In this document: piece by piece, positions 7,760 to 17,179 of the stretch | Layout: the number at the start of each line of letters is the position of its first letter | How positions within the stretch are numbered: the first letter of the stretch is position 1 | DNA from: a virus | IMG/VR virus record: IMGVR_UViG_3300009648_000002 | Span: 1 to 35,960 of that record | Strand: one strand, 5' to 3' | DNA length: 35,960 bases | Made by a program: the position numbers and the translations under genes | The notes under the pieces: model-generated | Told to the model about the DNA's origin: nothing | Seen by the model: the letters and a program-made list of their open reading frames with translations, nothing else | Database searches by the model: none

Positions 7760-8601
7760 GGACTGTTAAGTACCCTGGAGTGTTAACTGCCCGGACACCT
7801 ATCCATCACGGCGGCCCTGAAGTCTATGGGACGATAAAACCCATACTCACACTCCCCACACTCATAGAGGATGAGAAGGGGATGAGGGTTGAGGACGTCC
7901 CCTACATCCATGGGAATGCGATCAGGGGGTACCTCCGCCGCCTGGTCATGCAGGACTTCCTGGATCAACTCGATTATGACCTCAAATCAGCGAAGATCTA
8001 CCATTTTCTCTTCACAGGGGGCCTCCTGGAGGCTAACACAAAATCCTCTGGTATGATTGACGTGAAACTCAAATCAGGGATCCGCAAGTACATCCCACCA
8101 GCAAGTCTCTGGGGTTCTGCCCTGGGCAATCAGATGATCCAGGGCAAATTGAAGGTGGACCTTGCAGAACCGATCTGCAAGGAACTTTACTGGCAGCAGA
8201 AACAGTACTGTGACATCGATGGCCCTTCAAGTTATTCCCTGAAGGCGAGGGACTTCGGGACCCGCCTTGATAGTCTCAGGGAGTACAAGGAGGACAGAGA
8301 GGATGGAGAGCAGGCGACGCAGATGAAGTACGAGTTCGAAGTCATCGTGAAGGGTGCGAAGTTCTATCATGAATTCACACTCACAGACACTGACCCTGTT
8401 GAGGAATCATGTTTCATCCGGGCATTGAACCTGTGGAGCGAACGCCCCTACCTCGGGGGGAAGAGCGGTTCAGGGTACGGGAAACTGGATATCCGCTATG
8501 ACTATGACCCTGATGCTGAGGCAACATACCTCTCGTATGTCGAGGAGAAGGCTGACCTGATCAGAGAGTTTCTTGATGAATTACAGGCAAACTGGCGATG
8601 A
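7756..8601 (+). CDS. RAMP-superfamily protein, Cas7-like (type III Csm3/Cmr4/Cmr6-like)
   Basis: Three RAMP hallmarks in canonical order: N-terminal TPIHHGG, central VPYIHGNAIRGYLRR (compare PYIPGSSLKG.LR) and a C-terminal glycine-rich loop YLGGKSGSGYGKL; 281 aa. Confidence 0.55.
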   Translation: MRTVKYPGVLTARTPIHHGGPEVYGTIKPILTLPTLIEDEKGMRVEDVPYIHGNAIRGYLRRLVMQDFLDQLDYDLKSAKIYHFLFTGGLLEANTKSSGMIDVKLKSGIRKYIPPASLWGSALGNQMIQGKLKVDLAEPICKELYWQQKQYCDIDGPSSYSLKARDFGTRLDSLREYKEDREDGEQATQMKYEFEVIVKGAKFYHEFTLTDTDPVEESCFIRALNLWSERPYLGGKSGSGYGKLDIRYDYDPDAEATYLSYVEEKADLIREFLDELQANWR

Positions 8602-9251
8602 TCATGTCTCTTGCTGCCAGGATCCAGGATAAAATCAGCGCCTACCTGAGACGATCTAAACACAGAGTAAAAAAACCACTCCACAAGGCCGACTCGAAGA
8701 CAATACAGGAAGTCTTTGACAGAATCCCTTTCTACACCCTTGCAAGGCACTGGGATGCCTATCACAACCCAGACAGATACACTACAAAAACCCTCTCCCG
8801 GCAGGTGAAGGTACCATACCACACACTCTATAATTGGATCACACGCAAATGCTCCACGAGGGTGGGCTGGTTCTGGAAGGGCTGGATCGTCATAGGGAAC
8901 ACAAAGGACCCCAGGAAACCAGCAATATTCAAGACAAAGACAACAGAAGAGATACTTGAAGATCTGCACACCAACTACATTGAATTACAACCACTCACAA
9001 GCAGGAAGGACTTTGAGGGATGCATAAGGAATTACCTGGAATGTAATGGGCCATCCACAGCCTTAGAACTCTACGAGGAGGTCGTGCTAAACAATTATAA
9101 CGCTAAATTCTCAAAGTCAAGGTACATGAAACGCAACGCATTCACCGCAATCATACGTGGCGTGGATGGCGTGGTGAAGGTAGGGACCAAAAAGGCGAAG
9201 GGCTATAACATGCCAGTCTATGCAGTTGATGAAGGATGTGTAGCAAAATGA
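8598..9251 (+). CDS. Hypothetical protein (217 aa), translationally coupled to the RAMP gene
   Basis: Start overlaps the RAMP stop; weak glycine-containing C-terminal segment; otherwise unrecognised. Confidence 0.45.
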   Translation: MIMSLAARIQDKISAYLRRSKHRVKKPLHKADSKTIQEVFDRIPFYTLARHWDAYHNPDRYTTKTLSRQVKVPYHTLYNWITRKCSTRVGWFWKGWIVIGNTKDPRKPAIFKTKTTEEILEDLHTNYIELQPLTSRKDFEGCIRNYLECNGPSTALELYEEVVLNNYNAKFSKSRYMKRNAFTAIIRGVDGVVKVGTKKAKGYNMPVYAVDEGCVAK

Positions 9252-9658
9252 AGGAAGATAGAGCGAACTCAAAGAACTCAAAGCTAACTGTAGAGTGGAA
9301 CTCAAAGAACTCCGCTAAGGAAGGTGTTAGGTCCTGGAGACTATCACAGTACCGCCGATTCCTTGAATCCGATGCCAAGACAAGCCTCCCTGTCACGAGT
9401 CATGACATCGAGGAAGTGATGTGGATCGTGGAGAGGCTGAAACTCTCAGACCTCCACCGGAGGGCTTCATGGGAGCAGGTGCTCCTTGCACTCACAGTCT
9501 TCATCCTGGAGTCCCGGCTCCCCTACACCATCCGCTTTGAGGATTATCGTATCCTCAAAGAGTATGGGGTGGATGTGGGTCTATACGCGGCGGTCCTGAG
9601 GAACCTCCTCAAGATTTACCGTATGAATATGCCTATACAGGCCTCCTTATCCCGGTAG
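9236..9658 (+). CDS. Hypothetical protein (140 aa)
   Basis: ORF overlapping the end of the previous gene; contains an internal short repeat gaactcaaagaactc x2 at 9265-9312. Confidence 0.4.
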   Translation: MCSKMKEDRANSKNSKLTVEWNSKNSAKEGVRSWRLSQYRRFLESDAKTSLPVTSHDIEEVMWIVERLKLSDLHRRASWEQVLLALTVFILESRLPYTIRFEDYRILKEYGVDVGLYAAVLRNLLKIYRMNMPIQASLSR

Positions 9659-9727
9659 TGGGTGTGTCCCTTGACTGTGTTACGTTATATAGTGAGAGGG
9701 GACTATTCAAGTCCCCTGGTGAAGGTT

Positions 9728-9877
9728 ATGTCTCCTTGTCCACAATGCGGGTCCCAGAGGAGGGATTATGTCCCTGAGGATGGGTACATGGTCTGCAAGG
9801 ACTGTGGCCTTGTCCTCGCCGCTGTGTATCCATACACTGCTGGGTTGAGAATGGATCTACCTGAGGGCCTCCTCTGA
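9728..9877 (+). CDS. Stand-alone TFIIB/TFB-type zinc-ribbon mini-protein (49 aa)
   Basis: MSPCPQCGSQRRDYVPEDGYMVCKDCGLVL matches the TFB N-terminal zinc-ribbon pattern CPxCG-x15-VCxxCGLV; ATG 9728 is in frame within track ORF 9662-9877. Confidence 0.5.
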   Translation: MSPCPQCGSQRRDYVPEDGYMVCKDCGLVLAAVYPYTAGLRMDLPEGLL

Positions 9878-9894
9878 TTCTGTTGGGGTGAGAT

Positions 9895-10173
9895 ATGGTG
9901 AGTGATGATATCCTGGAACATTTAGATGCCTTCAACTCCGCACTCATCGATTTTATGGATCGTTTTGAGTGGGTTGAGCGTGACGCTGTGGAGGTCTGCG
10001 ACATACTCAACTTTGGGGCCCTCATTGTCGGAGTGGCCGTCTGTTTCATCCCTGATGAGTGGGGTGGTGTCTGCATCTACATTGATGAGGATGCTGTTGA
10101 GTACCTCCCACTGATACTCGAGGTCTTCATGAAGAACTATGTGAACTGGGGTCTCAGGGAGCCGCTGATCTAA
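9895..10173 (+). CDS. Hypothetical protein (92 aa)
   Basis: ORF preceded by ggggtgagatatg RBS/start context. Confidence 0.4.
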   Translation: MVSDDILEHLDAFNSALIDFMDRFEWVERDAVEVCDILNFGALIVGVAVCFIPDEWGGVCIYIDEDAVEYLPLILEVFMKNYVNWGLREPLI

Positions 10174-10189
10174 TATTGGGGTGAGATAT

Positions 10190-10408
10190 ATGGGTGTTGA
10201 TCATGGAAAGCTGAGTACATACGTTGTTGGTGTTGTGGTCCTTGTCTATGGGTATCTTCTGAGTAATCCGGCCCTGATTGAGGCCTTCATGGCTAAAATG
10301 GGCCTTGCAGGATATAGTCCGCTTGTGCTCTCGATACTTGCATTCACATATGACTATTTCTTCCCCAGAGAGGAATCCTCAGACATTGGGGGCCAGGATG
10401 AGGCCTGA
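10190..10408 (+). CDS. Small membrane protein with two predicted transmembrane helices
   Basis: ATG 10190 after ggggtgagatat; two hydrophobic stretches (VVGVVVLVYGYLL and SPLVLSILAF). Confidence 0.4.
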   Translation: MGVDHGKLSTYVVGVVVLVYGYLLSNPALIEAFMAKMGLAGYSPLVLSILAFTYDYFFPREESSDIGGQDEA

Positions 10409-10424
10409 TTAAGGGTGGTGATGA

Positions 10425-10733
10425 GTGGGAGCGCATCAAATCCAATGCGATGACATTAAGAACCTTACCAGGGACCTTGCTGAGATTAGGGCAGTCCTCA
10501 GGGAGAAGAATGTTATGAATGGCTTCACAAGGGAGCGTATTGAGGATCTTGAGAAGACTGATGATGAGATCTATGATCGTCTCGATGGACTCCATGATGC
10601 CATTGTCAGTCTCCGTGAGGAGGTCTATGGCCTTAATGTGACTCTTAAATTGTTCTATCGGATAAACGTCGCTGTTATAATCTCTGTTTTCACTACTCTC
10701 GCGGTTTATGGGTTTGAGGTTATCCTGCTTTGA
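10425..10733 (+). CDS. Coiled-coil protein with C-terminal transmembrane anchor
   Basis: Charged helical N-terminus and hydrophobic C-terminus (VAVIISVFTTLAVYGFEVILL); GTG start. Confidence 0.4.
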   Translation: MGAHQIQCDDIKNLTRDLAEIRAVLREKNVMNGFTRERIEDLEKTDDEIYDRLDGLHDAIVSLREEVYGLNVTLKLFYRINVAVIISVFTTLAVYGFEVILL

Positions 10734-10740
10734 ACTTCAT

Positions 10741-10763
10741 TATAGTGTAATATAGCGAAGTAT
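10741..10763 (+). promoter_or_regulatory. Putative promoter, second copy of the conserved motif, upstream of the packaging/morphogenesis operon
   Basis: tatagtgtaatatagcgaagtat, 10 nt upstream of the terminase small subunit start. Confidence 0.4.
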
Positions 10764-10769
10764 ACTGGT

Positions 10770-11294
10770 GTGATGATGAAGGGTGAGGAAGAGAAGCACA
10801 GGGAAGCATACGACCATTACCTCGCCCACATTGAGGCAGGATACACAAAGACGGCGAGCGTCAAAGAAACAGCCAGAAGGATAGGGGTCTCCGAGGCAAC
10901 AGTCTGGAACTGGAAGAGACGCTTCCACTGGGATGAGAAACAGGCGATAGACAGCTACGAGATCAAAGAGACGTTCAAGGAAAGGAATCATGAGATCATC
11001 ATAGACTTCAAGACCAAATACCTCGCATTCCTCAATGACCTCATCGACCAGGCGATAGAGGAATTCCGTGAGGGCCGGGGCGTCGTCATGATACGTGATG
11101 TTGGGGACCTGGAACGAGTGATTAAAGTTGCCCTCCTCCTCCAGGGCGAGGCAACAAGCAGGACTGAGAGCAGCGTCCTGCAAGTGAACCGTGAAAAGAT
11201 AGAAGATTATGAGGAATACTTCAGAGAATTAGAGGAGGAATTTGGGGCGGGGGACGCTGAGGATGAGAATCAAGGTGCGGAGGGGATTTACTGA
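10770..11294 (+). CDS. terS: Putative terminase small subunit (HTH DNA-binding)
   Basis: HTH-like RIGVSEATVWNWKRR; position immediately upstream of and overlapping the large terminase gene. Confidence 0.5.
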   Translation: MMMKGEEEKHREAYDHYLAHIEAGYTKTASVKETARRIGVSEATVWNWKRRFHWDEKQAIDSYEIKETFKERNHEIIIDFKTKYLAFLNDLIDQAIEEFREGRGVVMIRDVGDLERVIKVALLLQGEATSRTESSVLQVNREKIEDYEEYFRELEEEFGAGDAEDENQGAEGIY

Positions 11295-12618
11295 TGCGGA
11301 GAAAGACTTCCTCACTGAGACAGTCCTTAAAAACCCTTACATTCCACATAAACCATTCCTTAAGCAGGCGATATTCCTCACCAGACTCGACAGGGAACTG
11401 CTCTATGGTGGTCAGGCGGGGGGTGGGAAATCTGACGCTCTCCTCATGGCAGCCCTCCAATATGTCATGTACCCGGATTATCATGCACTCTTACTTAGGA
11501 GGACTTACAAGGAATTAGCCCTTCCAGGTGCCCTTATGGATCGTGCGGATGAATGGTTAACACCTACAGATGCTGAGTGGGTCGCGGAGAACAAGACATG
11601 GGAATTCCCATCAGGAGCAACCCTCACCTTCGGTTACCTTGAGCATGAGCGGGATAAACACCGATACCAGTCCTCAGAGTTCCAGTTCATAGGCTTTGAT
11701 GAGCTCACAGAGTTCCAAGAGTCACAGTACACATTCCTATTCAGTAGGAACAGGAAGACAGAGGACAACCCCGTCCCCTTGAGGACAAGGGCTGCGACGA
11801 ACCCTGGAGGCGTGGGCCATGAATGGGTGAAAAGACGATTCATTGAAGGCCCAGCACCATTCCTTCCATCCAGTTACACTGAAAACCCTTACCTTGACGC
11901 ATCATATGAGGAAAGCCTTGATCTCCTCGACCCGATCACCCGACGCCAACTTAAATATGGTGATTGGTCCGCGACGATAGAGGGGAGGATCTTCACTGAG
12001 GATATCCTTGATTACTATGATGAGCCGCCGACACCAGAACAGACACGTCTTGCAGTCAGGTACTGGGACCTTGCAGCCACACCTGACAGGAATGATGACT
12101 CAATAAGTGGCGGTGCGGATTGGACGGTCGGGGCCCTCCTACTCCTTGACGACTCCGGAGGCCTCTACCTTGAGGATATCATCCGATTCAGGCTTTCACC
12201 CGCGGAGGCTGAGGATATGATCATTCAAACGATCCGTAACGACTTTCAAGTTTATAGGGAGAAATACATGGCGCGGGCTGAACTGGAGGGAGGAGCCTCT
12301 GCAAGGTATGTGATGGAATCCCTCCGCAGACGCCTGGCTGGGGTGAACTTTGACGGATCCCCTGTCCAGGGTAAAAGTAAACTAGATAGGGCCAGAGCGT
12401 TGATCCCAGCATTCAGGACATCCCAGTTAAGGCTTAAGAGGGATGCTCCATGGCTCTACACATTCACGAGGGAACTCCTCGCATTCCCATCAACTGGTGT
12501 TCATGATGACCAGGTCGACGCCCTCAGCGGGGCCTACCTCCAGGTCGCTGACTTAACATCAGGGGATCCGTATGGGGCTTCAGGTAGGCGGTATAAAGGT
12601 TATGGGGTGACATATTGA
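11242..12618 (+). CDS. terL: Terminase large subunit
   Basis: Walker A-like LYGGQAGGGKSDALL near the N-terminus; C-terminal nuclease-type motif HDDQVDAL; followed by portal; start may be ATG 11263. Confidence 0.7.
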   Translation: MGRGTLRMRIKVRRGFTDAEKDFLTETVLKNPYIPHKPFLKQAIFLTRLDRELLYGGQAGGGKSDALLMAALQYVMYPDYHALLLRRTYKELALPGALMDRADEWLTPTDAEWVAENKTWEFPSGATLTFGYLEHERDKHRYQSSEFQFIGFDELTEFQESQYTFLFSRNRKTEDNPVPLRTRAATNPGGVGHEWVKRRFIEGPAPFLPSSYTENPYLDASYEESLDLLDPITRRQLKYGDWSATIEGRIFTEDILDYYDEPPTPEQTRLAVRYWDLAATPDRNDDSISGGADWTVGALLLLDDSGGLYLEDIIRFRLSPAEAEDMIIQTIRNDFQVYREKYMARAELEGGASARYVMESLRRRLAGVNFDGSPVQGKSKLDRARALIPAFRTSQLRLKRDAPWLYTFTRELLAFPSTGVHDDQVDALSGAYLQVADLTSGDPYGASGRRYKGYGVTY

Positions 12619-13979
12619 GTTTCATTGAGAGGATAAAATCTATTATCGGGTCTGTGACCAGCAGGGGCTCAAGGGACGCCCCATTACGTGTTAGAGGGTA
12701 CCGTAGGGAGAGGCCCCGACAGGTAGGCTCGGATCTGACTCTTGAACAGATAAAGTATGTGATGAGGGACACCCAGGTAGAGACAGCATACCACCTCTTC
12801 GAGAGCTTCCTCCTATCCAGGCAGATGACCCTCAAAAAGAATCGTCGTGAAGATCGTGGGGATATGGGAGGGGATGTTGAGTCATTCGTTTCAGACATCT
12901 ATGAGAGACTCATCGGATTTGAGAGAAGATTACGCCGTGACATCTACACCGCCATCCTCTACGGCTTCAGCGCCCATGAAATCATCTACACGACGAAGGA
13001 GATAAATGGGAGGATCCTCCTCACCATCGATGACCTGATACCCATCCACCCAGAGACGGTCTACTATGATGATTCATTCATCTTCGATGAGGATACAGGG
13101 GAGTTCCTGGGGTTAAAACAGAACATCCCATACCATCGTCAGGATGAAGAGGATGTCCCTGAGTACATCCCACGGGAGAAACTCCTCTTCTTCAGCTTCA
13201 AATCACATTTCAATGATCCTCGTGGGCGGAGCATCCTTGCAGGGATCTATGACAACGTCCAATTCAAAGAGGACGCGATGCGATGGCTCCTCATATTCTT
13301 GCAGAAACATGAGAACCCCACCCTCGTTGGGAAGGTCTCCAACCCCGCGAATAAGGAAGGCCTCCTGAGGAGTTTGGAGATGATTGATGAGGGCCTCACG
13401 AAGATTACTGTGGGTAAGGATGACAGTGTCGAGCTTGTTGAATCATCAAAGAATGGTGACGCCTTCTTTGAGTTTATCAAGTACAATGATAACGTTATAC
13501 TCCGCCAGTTCCTTATAGGCACCCTCCTGCTCGGTCAATCCGACAAGGCGAGCGGCAGTTATGCGCAGGCCATGACCCAAGAGTCTGTTCTCAGGACAGC
13601 CCTGGAGGGTATACATAAGGACATCGCCGGATCCATTAATGAAGTTATCCTCCGCCTTGTTGAGTACAATTTCGGTGAGGATGCTGTTAAATCTGCTCCG
13701 CTTATAGAGTTTGAGACGTTCACTGATAGACACACGATTGAATTGCTGCAAGCCCTTCAGGGCTATGCGACCGGCCTCCTGATTGACACTGATTCAGAGT
13801 GGTTCAAGAAGCTCATCGAGTACAGTATACAGGACGCTACCGGTGAATCAATCCCATTATCCCCTGAGACCCGCGTAGCACCGGTGAATGACCTGGAGGA
13901 CCTCCCACCTGGCGAGTTACCGGAGATGGAATCACGTCTTGACGATCTACTGAGGCACGTGCAAGGCTCTGGCAGGTGA
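12615..13979 (+). CDS. Portal protein
   Basis: 454-aa protein directly after terL with overlapping start/stop; size and position typical of portal. Confidence 0.6.
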   Translation: MSFIERIKSIIGSVTSRGSRDAPLRVRGYRRERPRQVGSDLTLEQIKYVMRDTQVETAYHLFESFLLSRQMTLKKNRREDRGDMGGDVESFVSDIYERLIGFERRLRRDIYTAILYGFSAHEIIYTTKEINGRILLTIDDLIPIHPETVYYDDSFIFDEDTGEFLGLKQNIPYHRQDEEDVPEYIPREKLLFFSFKSHFNDPRGRSILAGIYDNVQFKEDAMRWLLIFLQKHENPTLVGKVSNPANKEGLLRSLEMIDEGLTKITVGKDDSVELVESSKNGDAFFEFIKYNDNVILRQFLIGTLLLGQSDKASGSYAQAMTQESVLRTALEGIHKDIAGSINEVILRLVEYNFGEDAVKSAPLIEFETFTDRHTIELLQALQGYATGLLIDTDSEWFKKLIEYSIQDATGESIPLSPETRVAPVNDLEDLPPGELPEMESRLDDLLRHVQGSGR

Positions 13980-14710
13980 AAAGCAGGATGGTGAGACGAG
14001 AACTGCTGCATGTCCGTGCAGTGACCGGAGACATGGAGAAAAAACTTAAAAAGGCCTTCAAGGCTGCTGCTGAACGATGGGAGAAAGAATTGAGGAGCTG
14101 CGAAACCGAGGATGAATTCATAGAGAAAGTGTTCAACAAGGCCGTTAACCCAATCTACTCAGTTAAAGGCATTGAAGAAGTTATCAGCGGCGTTGGGAGG
14201 GCCTTCACAGCATATGACATGCCACTCGGTCTGAGGAAGGAGCTCTTCAATGAAGTCCTCAAATCTGATATTTCAGGGTACATGGCGAAGGTGAACCGGG
14301 AGGTTGGCGATGACATCCTCAAGCATATGTCAAGGATGGTCTCTGAGAAGAAACCTTACACTGAGATGATGACAGAACTGCCACGCCGCTACGAATCCCT
14401 CTCCACCTTCAGATCAAGGACTATCGTGAGGACAGAGATGCTCCGAGGAGGGAACATGGTCGAATACCAGCGAGGCCTTGCAGACCCCGCGAACCAGTAC
14501 TACCGCGTCATAAGCCATCCTAACTGCTGCCCAGACTGCGCAGAACTCTACGGGTACGGTGAATCATTCTTCAGAGCCGATGAAGTGGATAAACTCCCAC
14601 CACTCCACCCTAACTGCAGGTGCGTAGTGGACTGGCCAAGTGTCTTCGACCTGCCACCAGAACTCCAGGCGGAGGTCCTTGGCACTGTAAGAGGTGATAC
14701 TATTGTCTGA
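13976..14710 (+). CDS. Head morphogenesis protein, Mu F / SPP1 gp7-like
   Basis: Conserved C-terminal HPNCRC motif (LPPLHPNCRCVVDW) characteristic of the Phage_Mu_F family; follows portal. Confidence 0.65.
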   Translation: MKSRMVRRELLHVRAVTGDMEKKLKKAFKAAAERWEKELRSCETEDEFIEKVFNKAVNPIYSVKGIEEVISGVGRAFTAYDMPLGLRKELFNEVLKSDISGYMAKVNREVGDDILKHMSRMVSEKKPYTEMMTELPRRYESLSTFRSRTIVRTEMLRGGNMVEYQRGLADPANQYYRVISHPNCCPDCAELYGYGESFFRADEVDKLPPLHPNCRCVVDWPSVFDLPPELQAEVLGTVRGDTIV

Positions 14711-15746
14711 AGACGTTAAAGACGAAGAAAGAGTCGAGGAAGAGACACGGGAGCCACAGAGGATGAAAGTTGATGCTGTGATGTGGTCCCCCGGGGTCAT
14801 ATACCCATTCCTGGATGGAACACCAGGGAAAGTCTACGCTGACAAGGAACTCGCAGATGAAGTGTACGAGAAGATACTTGCAAGGGTCCAGGACGGAGGC
14901 CTCCCCATCACCATAGACCACCTGGACCAGGACGACCTGGAGATACTCAAGGAACTCGGGTACGGCGTGGTTGGAAGGGTTACAGGGGTTGAACTCCGCA
15001 ATGGACGAGTACACGCAACAGAGATAACATTTGACGGAGAGGCCATCCCACAACTCCTCAAAGATGGCCTCATGAGGGCCTTCAGTATAGAAGCAGAGGT
15101 TGAAACCGAACCCGTAGAGGATGGGTACCGCATCATAGGCTTCAGGGACGTGACAGGTGTGAGCATAGTGAAAAAACCAGCCTGCCCATCCTGCCTCGTC
15201 TACCGCATCAATGCGTACACATCAAATGATAAGCTGAGAATCCAGATGAAGTTCACACCAGGAGGTGAAACCATGAAGAAAGAGGAGGAATTAACCGGAT
15301 CCACGGTAAAGGCTCAGGAAGAAGTTCCTGAGGAAGATGAAGGAGTTGGGGGCGCTGTAGATGTGCTCCCGGAGCTGATAGATCGCCTCAATGAGGTTAT
15401 AAATGGACTCAGAGGATTGATTGAGGAAATCCAGAACCTTCAACCAATCGATGAAGGGGAAGAAGGAGAGCAACTCACTGAGGGCCTTGCAGATGAGCTT
15501 AAAGAGAAAGCAGCGACGATCAACGCTAAGAAACTCGTTGAGAAATACATTGAGGAAGGTAAAGTGAAACCCGCGGAGACAGAGGCCCACATCAAACTTG
15601 CGATGAAAGCCCCAGCTGAGTACTCTAAGATCATGGATGAAGCACCCCAGGTCATTGAGATGTCAAGGATGTCCAGGAACCCGGCTGATATGAAGGAGAA
15701 AGAGTTCTACACGTATGAAGAATACCGTAAAAGATTCCACAGGTGA
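14694..15746 (+). CDS. Putative capsid scaffolding protein (possibly with prohead protease domain); start may be ATG 14763
   Basis: Position between MuF-like and capsid genes; acidic coiled-coil C-terminal half. Confidence 0.4.
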   Translation: MILLSEDVKDEERVEEETREPQRMKVDAVMWSPGVIYPFLDGTPGKVYADKELADEVYEKILARVQDGGLPITIDHLDQDDLEILKELGYGVVGRVTGVELRNGRVHATEITFDGEAIPQLLKDGLMRAFSIEAEVETEPVEDGYRIIGFRDVTGVSIVKKPACPSCLVYRINAYTSNDKLRIQMKFTPGGETMKKEEELTGSTVKAQEEVPEEDEGVGGAVDVLPELIDRLNEVINGLRGLIEEIQNLQPIDEGEEGEQLTEGLADELKEKAATINAKKLVEKYIEEGKVKPAETEAHIKLAMKAPAEYSKIMDEAPQVIEMSRMSRNPADMKEKEFYTYEEYRKRFHR

Positions 15747-16252
15747 TAAGGATGGTTGTGAAATACAATTATGGTGAAATAGGCCCCGGGGTTGCCATGG
15801 AGCTCAAAGAGGGGAACCTAACAGTCTCAGAGATCAGCACGCCACATGGTACGCAGGTAGGCGCCACATTCCAGTACCCTGCTAAGAAAGGGGATATAGT
15901 GGCCCTTGCAGGAGACCTCCTCGTTGAAAAACTAAGGAGTGGAGTGACAGGGAAACCTATAGGCGTCATTGAGGACGAACCACAATTCCAGGGCCAACCA
16001 CCATCATCCAACGCTACCTACGGGAACTACCCGAACAGGATCGCAGCGGTCAAACTATTCGGTGTTGCTGTGAGGGAAATGGAACTCACGTCATCAAACG
16101 CGGCGATCACTGCAGGGGACTACATCAAAGTCGCCTCTGATGGGCAGACTATAGACAAGTCAACTGACCCTACTGATAAGATAGCCCTTAAATCAGCATC
16201 CGCCAATAGTGGCGCTGAGATACCAGTCCTCGTAGGCTACTACTACAAATAA
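15743..16252 (+). CDS. Hypothetical head protein (169 aa)
   Basis: Position in the head module; overlapping start. Confidence 0.4.
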   Translation: MIRMVVKYNYGEIGPGVAMELKEGNLTVSEISTPHGTQVGATFQYPAKKGDIVALAGDLLVEKLRSGVTGKPIGVIEDEPQFQGQPPSSNATYGNYPNRIAAVKLFGVAVREMELTSSNAAITAGDYIKVASDGQTIDKSTDPTDKIALKSASANSGAEIPVLVGYYYK

Positions 16253-16261
16253 GGTGATAAT

Positions 16262-17179
16262 ATGCCCGCTATAACAACCACAATGCCACCTGAGGCCCTC
16301 CTCAGGAAACATAACCTGGAGTACTATATAACTGAGAAACTCATACCTGAGGTCCCATTCCTCAACATACTCCCAACAGCTGATAACACGACAGGGGAGT
16401 TCACCAGTGTCGTGGAATCTATGAACCCGGTCGCTGATATCAAGGATGGGAAGCAGGGACTTCCTGGCCTTGCTAGTGAGGCCTCAGACCTCACCACGAT
16501 CCAGTTGCAGGCAGGGAAGGTCGTCTCTGGGAACACAGTCTCATATGGTTACAGCCTCGCATACACTGACAAGGACGCTGAGAGAGGCCAGTTCACAGCT
16601 GATATACAGTTAGCGACTCAGAGGATGATCGCAGGCTTCGCATACTTCCTGAACGAGTACATCGCATCAGAACTCGTTAGGACAGCAGGCCTATCCGCCC
16701 CAGATGACCTCAGTGACTGGGCCCTCGATGAATATGATCCCCGCGGAGACCTCCTCAAGATACGTAAGAAATTCAGGGAAGAAACAGGCCTATTCCAGGC
16801 TGATATGGTCCTCCTATCACTTGATCCATACTATAAGATCCAGGAGTACCTCCTAAGCTTCGATAAGGAGGTGGATGAGGAGAACATGTCAGTCGATGGT
16901 ATGATGATCAAGAACGTTGGTGACTCCTTCGATGACACGAAGGACATGATCGTCATGGACTCTAAGGCCCCTCCAGGCATCATAGAGAAGTATGTTAGCC
17001 CAGAATACTCAGCACTATCATCACAGGCCGCCCCAGGAGTCCCACCAGCACTTATCAACATCAACGAGGTTAAAGAGGACACCTACCCACACAGGAACAT
17101 ACTAGAACTCTGGGTTGACATCGGATACAACAGTAGGGAGCCTGGAAGCCTGATGACAGGACAACTCATAAGGTCATAG
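16262..17179 (+). CDS. Putative major capsid protein
   Basis: 305 aa, follows the scaffold candidate; assigned by gene order only. Confidence 0.45.
   Translation: MPAITTTMPPEALLRKHNLEYYITEKLIPEVPFLNILPTADNTTGEFTSVVESMNPVADIKDGKQGLPGLASEASDLTTIQLQAGKVVSGNTVSYGYSLAYTDKDAERGQFTADIQLATQRMIAGFAYFLNEYIASELVRTAGLSAPDDLSDWALDEYDPRGDLLKIRKKFREETGLFQADMVLLSLDPYYKIQEYLLSFDKEVDEENMSVDGMMIKNVGDSFDDTKDMIVMDSKAPPGIIEKYVSPEYSALSSQAAPGVPPALININEVKEDTYPHRNILELWVDIGYNSREPGSLMTGQLIRS

Noticed and set aside
11242-11262. Alternative reading of the terL/terS overlap as a frameshift site
   Set aside because: The overlap is explained simply by a different-frame start (ATG 11242 or 11263) with translational coupling; no slippery sequence is needed.
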